A DNA stretch of 32,000 bases from Methylorubrum extorquens (GTDB lineage: Bacteria; Pseudomonadota; Alphaproteobacteria; Rhizobiales; Beijerinckiaceae), in NCBI GenBank assembly GCA_900234795.1, contig LT962688.1, positions 900,001 to 932,000 of the forward strand, written 5' to 3'. This document shows positions 15,848 to 23,700 of the stretch, one piece after another. The position numbers and the translations under genes were made by a program. Positions within the stretch are counted from its first letter, which is position 1; the number at the start of each line of letters is the position of its first letter. The notes under the pieces are model-generated. The model saw nothing but the letters and a program-made list of their open reading frames with translations, did not search any database and was not told the origin of the DNA.

Positions 15848-16263
15848 AGAATCGACCCTTAGCAGACCCTGGCGAGGTCCGCTTTCGGGCTGTTGATGAG
15901 CCAGAGACCTGTCGCTGGAACGGGTGGCTTTGAGCCCGTCTGCGGTTGTGTGCGGCATAGGTCAACCAACCCAGATAAATATCAATATACTTATGCATGT
16001 TACTTTCTAGTATTGGCCCAATAAGAATGATGTCCGCGTTAGGCCAGTATTCATTGCCTGAAAAATATGCAATTTGGCAAGAAACAATCAGCCTCAGACG
16101 AAGTTGAGGCTTTAGGATGCATGCCTCTGCCTATTTGACGCACCCTTGTGGAAGCGTGAAGCATCCTAGATGCAAGCTTAGCCTTCAAGGTCGCGGAGTA
16201 TCTAAGAAAAGTAGATTCTAAGCTTGCTGATTGACCTCCGCACTTAGCTGGTGGGAGAAATCG

Positions 16264-17439
16264 ATGCGCGCTTTAGTCTGGCACGGGAAAGAAGACATCC
16301 GCTGCGATACCGTCACCGATCCAGAGATCGAAGACGGGCGCGACGTCATTGTCAAAGTCACAAGCTGCGCGATCTGCGGCTCGGACCTGCACCTGTTTCA
16401 CAACTTGATCCCCGCCATGCTCCCCGGCGACGTCATGGGTCACGAGACCATGGGCGAAATCGTCGAGACCGGGCGCGGGCTTAACGGCAAGCTGAAGAAG
16501 GGCGACCGGGTCGTCGTACCCTTCACCATCGTCTGCGGTGAGTGCGACCAGTGCAAGCGCGGCTACTTCTCCGTCTGTCAGAAAAGCAACCGCAAGAAAT
16601 ACCTCGCTGATAAGGTCTTCGGACACGGCACCGCCGGTCTGTTCGGGTACTCGCATCTCACCGGCGGCTACCCCGGCGGTCAGGCCGAGTACCTGCGCGT
16701 GCCGTTTGCCGATGCGACCGCCCAGAAGGTGCCTGACGGCATTCCCGACGAAAAGCTGCTCTTCCTCTCGGACATCTTCCCGACCGGTTGGCAGGCGGCT
16801 GTCCAGGCCGACATCCAGCCCACCGATACCGTCGCGATCTGGGGGTGCGGACCGGTCGGCCAGATGACGATCCGCTCGGCCGTCCTCCTGGGTGCCGAAC
16901 AGGTCGTTGCCATCGACCACCTGCCGGAACGGCTGGAGATGGCCGAGGCAGGGGGCGCCATCACCATCAACTTCGACGAAGAGAGCGTCGTCGAGCGCCT
17001 GAACGAGCTGACCGGTGGCGAAGGTCCCGAGAAGTGCATCGACTGCATCGGCATGGAAAGCCATGTCAGCCCCACCATGCCCGATACGATCTACGACCGG
17101 GCCAAGCAGATCTTCCTGGCGGAGAGCGACCGTCCGCACGTGCTGCGTGAGATGATCTATGTCTGCCGGCCTGGCGGCCTGATCTCGATCCCAGGAGTCT
17201 ATGGCGGTTTGTCCGACAAGATCCCGATGGGTGCGGCGATGAACAAGGGCCTGACCTTCCGCATGGGGCAGACCCACGTCCAGCGCTGGACCGCCGATCT
17301 TCTTCGCCGGATTGAGGAGGACCAGATCGACCCCTCCTTCGTCATCACCCACGAGGCCCCGCTCGACATGGGCCCCGAGATGTACCGGACGTTCCGGGAC
17401 AAGCAGGACAGCTGCATCAAGGTCGTTCTCAAACCCTGA
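16264..17439 (+). CDS. zinc-dependent alcohol dehydrogenase family protein (glutathione-independent formaldehyde dehydrogenase-like)
   Basis: MRALVWHGKEDIRCDTV..CAICGSDLH..GHETMGEIVE..CGECDQCKRG..GGQAEYLRVPFAD..WGCGPVG.. The Shine-Dalgarno is GGGAGA. ATG 16264 is preferred to the TTG at 16231. Confidence 0.88.
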   Translation: MRALVWHGKEDIRCDTVTDPEIEDGRDVIVKVTSCAICGSDLHLFHNLIPAMLPGDVMGHETMGEIVETGRGLNGKLKKGDRVVVPFTIVCGECDQCKRGYFSVCQKSNRKKYLADKVFGHGTAGLFGYSHLTGGYPGGQAEYLRVPFADATAQKVPDGIPDEKLLFLSDIFPTGWQAAVQADIQPTDTVAIWGCGPVGQMTIRSAVLLGAEQVVAIDHLPERLEMAEAGGAITINFDEESVVERLNELTGGEGPEKCIDCIGMESHVSPTMPDTIYDRAKQIFLAESDRPHVLREMIYVCRPGGLISIPGVYGGLSDKIPMGAAMNKGLTFRMGQTHVQRWTADLLRRIEEDQIDPSFVITHEAPLDMGPEMYRTFRDKQDSCIKVVLKP

Positions 17440-17456
17440 CACCGTGTGGAGGGACC

Positions 17457-18056
17457 ATGACGAACATCTCACTCCTTCCGGGCCTCTCGAACATCGCGCG
17501 ATCTGAGGGCGATCCGAAGGTCCTTCGCTCCGGGCCGAGTTCGCGCGGCATACCGGACAGCCTTGCCAAGGGGCTCGGCTGGTTCAGCCTCGGATTGGGT
17601 CTCACTGAGCTCCTGGCGCCCAGGCGCATCACCAGCGCACTCGGGATGGAGGGTAAGGAGGCCTTGGTGCGTGCCTACGGAGCCCGTGAGATCGGCAGCG
17701 GCATTCTCTCGCTGTCGATCGACAAGAAACTTGGGCTTTGGAGCCGGGTCGCCGGCGACGGCCTCGACATCGCGACCGTCATGCTGGCGCTGCGGTCAAA
17801 CAATCCAAAGCGCGACAATGTCGTCGTCGCTCTGGCCCTGCTGCTCGGCATCACGGCCATCGACCTGATCGACGCTCAAGCCACCACGATGCGGCACAGC
17901 CGCGGTGTGGGCCGGAGACGATCGTATCGGGACCGCAGCGGCTTTCCACGCGGTGTCCAGGCGTCCCGCGGCGCGGCCAAAGACTTTAAGACACCACCCG
18001 ACCTGCGACATGCCCCATCCCTCGCAGAGGTCTCCAAGCGTGCTCCCGCGGCGTAA
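17457..18056 (+). CDS. hypothetical membrane protein
   Basis: GGAGGGA Shine-Dalgarno. Hydrophobic segments are GLGWFSLGLGLTELLAP, IGSGILSL and VVVALALLLGITAIDLI. The C-terminus is basic. Confidence 0.6.
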   Translation: MTNISLLPGLSNIARSEGDPKVLRSGPSSRGIPDSLAKGLGWFSLGLGLTELLAPRRITSALGMEGKEALVRAYGAREIGSGILSLSIDKKLGLWSRVAGDGLDIATVMLALRSNNPKRDNVVVALALLLGITAIDLIDAQATTMRHSRGVGRRRSYRDRSGFPRGVQASRGAAKDFKTPPDLRHAPSLAEVSKRAPAA

Positions 18057-18152
18057 CGCTGCCTGACCGGTCGTCGAAGCCTGCGCCGATAGCGTGAGAC
18101 GATGCGCTGTCACGCAGGCTCTGAAGTCCACCCAACGCTTCTGAGGTGTGTC

Positions 18153-18887
18153 ATGGCGAATCAAGACGACGGGCTCCTCGCGAGGGATCGCGGCGATCAT
18201 CCGACACGCACGCGAGCAACGGGATCCGCGCGGTCTTGGCCGGAGCGCCGACAGGAACCCTCCGACAGCCGTCCTAGTGCTGGCATGGTCGGGCTCGCCC
18301 TCGCGGCCGCTGCAGGCGTTGCCGCCATCGGTCTGATCGGCGCTCAATTGGGCACGACCGGGAGCCGGGCCAGGATGGGTCCGAACGGACGGCCCGCTGC
18401 GGGGCATGACCCTGAAGTCGAGCGCTCGATAACGATTGAGGGTGTTTCTGCGGACGAACTCTACCGTCGCTGGCGCGATCCAGAGACCTTGCGGCGGATT
18501 ATGGCGCCCATTGCAGATGTCCAGCCCATGGGTGACGGGCAGACACGCTGGAGCTCCGGACATGATCTCGGCACCTGGGACATGCGTCTGGCCGACGACC
18601 GGCCTGGCGAGTTCATGCGTTGGGTCGCACAGGGCGACGGCGCTCTGATCCGGGAAGCGTCGGTGCGTTTCCGCCCCGCTACCGGCAAGCGTGGGACGGT
18701 GGTGACCCTGCGCGCCAGCTTCGACCCTCCCGGTGGCATGCTCGGCCGGATCGCCACCCAGATGCTGAACAACACGCTTCCGGCGTCCCTAGCGAGCAAA
18801 TCCCTCCATTACTTCAAAGCCCTCGTCCAGACCGGCGAGATCCCGACCACCGAGCGTCAGCCCGCGGCTCGGTCCGACCCTCGCTGA
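18153..18887 (+). CDS. SRPBCC (cyclase/dehydrase, START-like) family protein with an N-terminal membrane anchor
   Basis: TM segment MVGLALAAAAGVAAIGLIGA, then ..ERSITIEGVSADELYRRWRDPETLRRIM..VRFRPATGKRGTVVTLRASFDPPGG.., typical of polyketide_cyc2/SRPBCC proteins. The start was chosen at MANQDD. Confidence 0.65.
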   Translation: MANQDDGLLARDRGDHPTRTRATGSARSWPERRQEPSDSRPSAGMVGLALAAAAGVAAIGLIGAQLGTTGSRARMGPNGRPAAGHDPEVERSITIEGVSADELYRRWRDPETLRRIMAPIADVQPMGDGQTRWSSGHDLGTWDMRLADDRPGEFMRWVAQGDGALIREASVRFRPATGKRGTVVTLRASFDPPGGMLGRIATQMLNNTLPASLASKSLHYFKALVQTGEIPTTERQPAARSDPR

Positions 18888-18901
18888 CAAGGAGGCTACT
18901 C

Positions 18902-20071
18902 ATGCGCGCGCTCTACTGGAACGGCGTCAACGACCTGCGGGTCGGCACGGTGAAAGATCCCGAGATCGTCAACCCGCATGACTGCGTCCTGCGAGTCAGC
19001 CTGTCGACCACCTGCGGCTCGGACCTGCACTTCATCGATGGCTACATCCCGACCATGAAGGCCGGCGACGTGATTGGTCATGAGTTCATGGGCGTGATCG
19101 AGGATGTCGGCCCCGAGGTGAAGCGTGTGAAGAAGGGCGACCGTGTTGTGGTGCCGTCCTTCATCACCTGCGGCCAGTGCTGGTACTGCAAGAACAAACT
19201 TCATTCGCTGTGCGACAACACCCATCCCAAACCAGAGCTGCAGGAGCCCGTCTTCGGATATCCGACCGCCGGCATCTACGGCTATACTCACGCGTTCGGC
19301 GGCTATGCCGGAGCGCACGCCCAGTATGTGCGCGTGCCGTTCGCCGACAACGACTGCTTCAAGGTGCCCGAGGGGGTAGCGGACGAAACGGCGCTGTTTC
19401 TCTCGGACGCGGCGCCGACGGGCTACATGGGGGCGGACTTCTGCAACATCCAGCCCGGCGACGTGGTGGCCGTGTGGGGCTGCGGCGGCGTGGGGCTGAT
19501 GGCGCAGCAGAGCGCGCGGTTGATGGGCGCCGAGCGGGTGATCGCGATCGACCGATACCCTGAGCGGTTGCAGATGGCGCGCGAGCACGCCGGCTCTGAG
19601 ACGATCGACTACACGCAGGTCGACAGCGTCTTGGAGGTGCTCAAGCAAATGACGGGCGGTCGTGGCCCAGACGCCTGCATCGACGCGGTCGGCATGGAGG
19701 CGCACGGAACTGGCTCACAATACGCCTATGATCGCGTGAAGCAGGCGCTACGTCTTGAGACGGACCGCGGCCAGGCGCTGCGCGAGGCCATCATGGCCTG
19801 CCGCAAGGGCGGCACGCTGTCGGTGCTTGGCGTCTACGGGCTGATCGACAAGTTCCCGATGGGCGCCATCATGAACAAGGGCATGACGGTGCGCAGCGCC
19901 CAGCAGCACGGACAAGCCTACATGGATCGGCTACTTACGCACGCTCAGAAGGGCGAGTTGAACCCGGCCTATCTCGCCACGCACCGCTTCTCTTTGGAGG
20001 ACGGGCCGCGCGGCTACGACATGTTCAAGCACAAGACGGACGGCTGCGTGCGCGCGGTGTTCGCGCCGTAG
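18902..20071 (+). CDS. zinc-dependent alcohol dehydrogenase family protein (paralog of 16264-17439)
   Basis: AAGGAGG Shine-Dalgarno. MRALYWNGVNDLRVGTV..CGSDLH..GHEFMGVIED..CGQCWYCKN..AHAQYVRVPFAD..WGCGGVG.. Confidence 0.88.
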   Translation: MRALYWNGVNDLRVGTVKDPEIVNPHDCVLRVSLSTTCGSDLHFIDGYIPTMKAGDVIGHEFMGVIEDVGPEVKRVKKGDRVVVPSFITCGQCWYCKNKLHSLCDNTHPKPELQEPVFGYPTAGIYGYTHAFGGYAGAHAQYVRVPFADNDCFKVPEGVADETALFLSDAAPTGYMGADFCNIQPGDVVAVWGCGGVGLMAQQSARLMGAERVIAIDRYPERLQMAREHAGSETIDYTQVDSVLEVLKQMTGGRGPDACIDAVGMEAHGTGSQYAYDRVKQALRLETDRGQALREAIMACRKGGTLSVLGVYGLIDKFPMGAIMNKGMTVRSAQQHGQAYMDRLLTHAQKGELNPAYLATHRFSLEDGPRGYDMFKHKTDGCVRAVFAP

Positions 20072-20293
20072 AAGCCTCTGCAGTTAGTGCGCCGTGCAGG
20101 AGAAGGCTGCCGGAGCGGCAGTATCGACCCAACAGTTGGAGAGCGGACCGCATGACACTCCTCCAACCTGGCACATGACCTCAATTCGGTAGACCGGCCT
20201 TCACGTCACACGGGCCAGTCCGTCGCAGCGGCGATGGCTCCAGCAAGAGGCTGACCTAATCGAGCGCAAACCCAGTCTGACGGAGGTGCAAAC

Positions 20294-20869
20294 ATGGCTT
20301 CAGACAACCTCAATGGCCTGAAGGTCGCGATCCTCGTGACGGACGGCTTCGAGCAGGTCGAGATGACCGAGCCACGCAAGGCACTCGACGAGGCTGGCGC
20401 CGAGACCCAGATCGTCTCGCCCAAGGATAGCCAGGTGAAGGCCTGGAACTTCACGGAGTGGGGCGACACGTTCCCGGTCGACATGCCCTTAAGCAGTGCC
20501 CGGCCCGATAACTACGATGCGCTGCTGCTGCCAGGCGGCGTCATCAATCCGGACACGCTCCGGGCGCTGCCCGAGGCGATCGCGTTCGCAAAAGCTTTCT
20601 TCGATGCCGGCAAGCCCGTGGCATCGATCTGCCACGGGCCGTGGACCATCATCGAGGCGGGCGCCGCACGCGGACGGCGCCTGACCTCCTGGCCATCACT
20701 CCAAACCGATCTCAAGAACGCCGGGGCGGAGTGGGTGGATCAGGAGGCCGTCGTCGATCAGGGTCTCGTCACGAGCCGCAAGCCCGACGACATCCCGGCG
20801 TTCAACTCGGAAGTGATCAAGCTATTCGCGAGCGCACGCGGGCTATCGCGCCAGGCAGGCGCCGAATGA
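20294..20869 (+). CDS. DJ-1/PfpI family protein (type 1 glutamine amidotransferase-like; general stress protein / glyoxalase III-like)
   Basis: ..KVAILVTDGFEQVEMTEP..LLLPGGVINPD..GKPVASICHGPW.. (nucleophile elbow) ..TSWPS..VVDQGLVTSRKPDDIPAF.. Confidence 0.88.
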   Translation: MASDNLNGLKVAILVTDGFEQVEMTEPRKALDEAGAETQIVSPKDSQVKAWNFTEWGDTFPVDMPLSSARPDNYDALLLPGGVINPDTLRALPEAIAFAKAFFDAGKPVASICHGPWTIIEAGAARGRRLTSWPSLQTDLKNAGAEWVDQEAVVDQGLVTSRKPDDIPAFNSEVIKLFASARGLSRQAGAE

Positions 20870-20928
20870 GACCCACAGCCGGAGCCGGCGCTGCGCAGCA
20901 CACGCCTTCTCCATCGGGACCGTACTGC

Positions 20929-21768
20929 ATGGAGCGGCGCCCGTTCGGTTTGCTGCCGCGCGAAGTTGCGGTGATCGGCCAGGGGACCTGGTACATCGAC
21001 GACGCTCACCGGCCCATCGCGGTCGCTGCCCTGCGCCGCGGCCTCGATCTCGGCATGACCCACCTCGACACCGCCGAGATGTACGGCGACGCAGAGATCG
21101 TGGTCGGCGAGGCGATCACCGGGCGACGAGACGAGGTTTTCCTCGTCTCCAAGGTCCTCCCCAGCAATGCCTCGCGGGTTGGGACCGTGGCAGCCTGCGA
21201 GCGCTCGCTCGCGCGCCTGCGCACCGACAGGCTGGACTGTTACCTCCTGCACTGGCCGGGGCCGCATCCGCTCGAGGATACTTTCGCGGCCCTAGAGCGG
21301 CTTCGCGAACAGGGAAAGATCCTGTCCTGGGGGGTGAGCAACTTCGACGTGCCCGACCTCGAGGCCGCGTGGAAGGCCGGCGGCGAGGGCCGGATCGCCT
21401 GCAACCAAGTCCTCTATCATCTGCAGGAGCGCGCCATCGAGCACGCCGTGCAGCCCTGGTGCGAGACGCACGGCGTTGCCGTGGTCGCCTACAGCCCCTT
21501 CGGCCACGGCGGCTTCCCCGGCCCGCGCACGCCGGGCGGGCGTGTGTTGGAGGAGATCGCGGCCGACCACGGCGCGACCGCGCGCCAGGTCGCCCTGCGG
21601 TTCCTAGTGCGGCGGCTGTCCACCTTCGCGATCCCCAAGGCGTCTAGCCCCGAGCACGCCACCGACAACGCGGGCGCTGGCACGCTGTCGCTGACGGACG
21701 CCGACCTCGCCCGTCTCGACGCTGCGTTCCCGCTCGGCCCGCGACCGCGTCGGCTCCCCATGCTGTAG
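20929..21768 (+). CDS. aldo/keto reductase
   Basis: MERRPFGLLPREVAVIGQGTW..THLDTAEMYG..EVFLVSKV..DCYLLHWP..WGVSNF..NQVLYHL..AYSPFG... An alternative in-frame ATG at 20866 overlaps the upstream stop (ATGA). Confidence 0.85.
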   Translation: MERRPFGLLPREVAVIGQGTWYIDDAHRPIAVAALRRGLDLGMTHLDTAEMYGDAEIVVGEAITGRRDEVFLVSKVLPSNASRVGTVAACERSLARLRTDRLDCYLLHWPGPHPLEDTFAALERLREQGKILSWGVSNFDVPDLEAAWKAGGEGRIACNQVLYHLQERAIEHAVQPWCETHGVAVVAYSPFGHGGFPGPRTPGGRVLEEIAADHGATARQVALRFLVRRLSTFAIPKASSPEHATDNAGAGTLSLTDADLARLDAAFPLGPRPRRLPML

Positions 21769-21896
21769 GCTTGTGGTGCCTGCTTGGCCGGAGCAGGTGC
21801 TCGCGCGGATAATAGGAAGCAGGAACAAGCCAACCTGCTTCGAGCTGCCCAAATCGTACGAGTTGAAGCGACGGGGACATCGGGATCGAGGGTACA

Positions 21897-22349
21897 ATGG
21901 CAAACATCAAAGACAATGAACGAAGCAGCAATATTGAAAAAGATGAGCTTGCGGAGCGTGAGAATTTTCTGAATTACAATTATCGCGAGCCCATCGAGCT
22001 TGCGAAGCAATCAATCGGTATCGTCAGCGGCATACTTTTGTTTTCCGTGAATTTCTCCGACAAACTTGGGGGCATAGAAAATTCTCCACCATCATACAAA
22101 TATGTTTTGCTGGCGTCTTGGGCATTTCTGCTGTTGTCGATCACATTTTGCGGTCTATCAATTTCTTTAAGCTGGAACTCCGCTCGCTACATGCTCTGGG
22201 GACAGAATGAAGTGCGCCCGCCCCGAAAATCGAGACGGCTGAGCAGATTTGCCGCCAATTGTTTGACGAGCGCGGGAATCTTCTTCGTCTTAGGTCTAGC
22301 AATGATGATTGCGGGAGGCTTCATGTCGTCGGTCGTTCGGCCGGCGTGA
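21897..22349 (+). CDS. hypothetical membrane protein, low-GC orphan (150 aa)
   Basis: The N-terminal region of about 45 aa is charged (MANIKDNERSSNIEKDELAERENFLNYNY). Three hydrophobic segments follow. The gene is visibly AT-rich (about 45% GC by eye), against roughly two-thirds GC in its neighbours. Confidence 0.55.
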   Translation: MANIKDNERSSNIEKDELAERENFLNYNYREPIELAKQSIGIVSGILLFSVNFSDKLGGIENSPPSYKYVLLASWAFLLLSITFCGLSISLSWNSARYMLWGQNEVRPPRKSRRLSRFAANCLTSAGIFFVLGLAMMIAGGFMSSVVRPA

Positions 22350-22421
22350 CCGCAACCAGCAAGAACTCCATCTGATCACGCCAATCAAACCCTACAGAGC
22401 GTAACCACCCAACGAGCAGTA

Positions 22422-22487
22422 AGTGTCTCTCACCGCTGCCGAGCCCGGAACGGAAACCGTTAGGGACCGGGAGTTTTGTGAGACACT
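22422..22487. other. nested three-tier stem-loop in the gap between convergent genes
   Basis: Outer stem: AGTGTCTC(T)CAC 22422-22433 with GTGAGACACT 22478-22487. Middle stem: CCCGG 22444-22448 with CCGGG 22467-22471. Inner stem: AACGG-AAA-CCGTT 22449-22461. Confidence 0.5.
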
Positions 22488-22518
22488 CTTAATCTGCCGC
22501 TCGCCGCGGGCATGATCC

Positions 22519-23617
22519 TCAAAAGAGAGTGGCGAGTGCTTCGCGGGTGAAATCCCTTAGATGCTCGTGCCGTCCCCTCGCGGATCTTGCTGACCCAATG
22601 CGGATCGGACAGCACGGCCCGGCCGACAGCAACGAGGTCGAAGTCGCCGCGCGTGAGACGGCGAATGAGTTCGTCGAGCGGATCGGGACGCGAGCTCTCG
22701 CCTTGGAAGGCGGCAATGAACTCGCCCGAGAGTCCGACCGAGCCGACGGTGATCGTTGGCTTGCCCGTCAGCCTCTTCGCCCAACCCGCGAAATTCAGGT
22801 CCGAGCCTTCGAACTCTGGCTGCCAGAACCGCCGCTGCGAGCAGTGGAAGATGTCGACTCCCGCCTCGGCGAATGGGGTGAGCCAAGCCGCCATCTCGTC
22901 GGGTGTCCGTGCGAGTTTCACCGCGAAGTCCTGCTGCTTCCACTGCGAAAGGCGCAGGATCACGGCAAAATCCTCCCCCCACCGCGGAACGAACCGCCCG
23001 CACGACCTCGACGGCGAAGCGGCTGCGCTCGGGCAAGGTCACGCCGCCGTAGCGGTCCTGACGCTGGTTCACGCCGGCCCAGAAGAACTGATCGATGAGG
23101 TAACCGTGCGCGCCGTGAATCTCAACCGCATCGAAGCCGAGCCGATTGGCTTGCGCCGCGGCACGGCCGAACGCCGCGACGATCTCGGCGACGTCGGTCT
23201 CCGACATCGCGACGCCGCCGGCCTCCCCGGGGACGACGAGCCCGGAGGGCCTTCCATGGGAGCGGGCGGCTTCCATCCGGACGCATGCGGGGCCACAATT
23301 CCCATATGCCAGATCTGCGGCGCCATCGCGCCTCCGGCGGCATGAACCGCGTCGATGACGCGTTTCCATCCTGCGAGCGCCCGTTCGCCATGGAAATGAG
23401 GAACCGCTGGATCGTTCGACGCCGCCGGCCGGTCGATGACGGTGCCTTGCGAGATGATGAGCCCCATTTCGGGTGCGCGTCGGCCGTAATAGGCGGCGAC
23501 TTCCGGTGTCGGAACGCCGGTGGGAGAGAACGAGCGCGTCATCGGCGCCATGACGATCCGATTCTGCAGCCGGAGCGACTTGTGCTCGAAGGGGCTGAAC
23601 AAGATGTCGAGGCTCAT
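22519..23617 (-). pseudogene. NADH:flavin oxidoreductase (Old Yellow Enzyme family), at least 3 frameshifts
   Basis: The homologous sequence is spread over four frames. These are MSLDILFSPFEHKSLRLQNRIVMAPMTR..APQIWHMG; then ..ETDVAEIVAAFGRAAAQANRLGFDAVEIHGAHGYLIDQFFW..RQDRYGG; then ..ILRLSQW..VDIFHCSQRRFW..DLVAVGRAVLSDPHWVSKIREG; then ..HLRDFTREALATLF*. Confidence 0.7.
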
Positions 23618-23700
23618 GGCGATCTCCATGATCGGCTCGCTTGAGTCCCGAAGCACATCCGGGGACGGAACCGTTGCGCGGCGCCGCGCGGCGCAGGCCG

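Larger units (their letters stand above)
11665..15868 (-). mobile_element. IS1182-family element with both terminal IRs interrupted by IS1111-type insertions (composite, predicted outer ends)
   Basis: Outer flanks GGACTGCTTCCGACCGATTTC (11665-11685) and the reverse complement of 15848-15868 (GGTCTGCTAAGGGTCGATTCT) share 13/21 positions. The inner 14 nt next to each insertion are identical. Removing both insertions leaves 1548 bp. Confidence 0.45.

Noticed and set aside
16273-17472. 399-aa ORF antisense to the first Zn-ADH; also 18896-19705 antisense to the second
   Set aside because: The plus-strand frames carry the canonical zinc-ADH motifs. The antisense frames are GC-shadow ORFs.
20160-20185. 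Sigma-54 promoter (TGGCAC at about 20169)
   Set aside because: The downstream TTGC element at the required 5-nt spacing is absent.
22446-22461. EcfG-type general-stress promoter (GGAAC ... CGTT)
   Set aside because: Both half-motifs occur, but they are only 6 nt apart and lie inside a hairpin. The consensus needs a spacer of 16-17 nt. I found no correctly spaced GGAAC-N16-17-CGTT upstream of the stress genes I checked by eye (16264, 20294, 26586, 27068).
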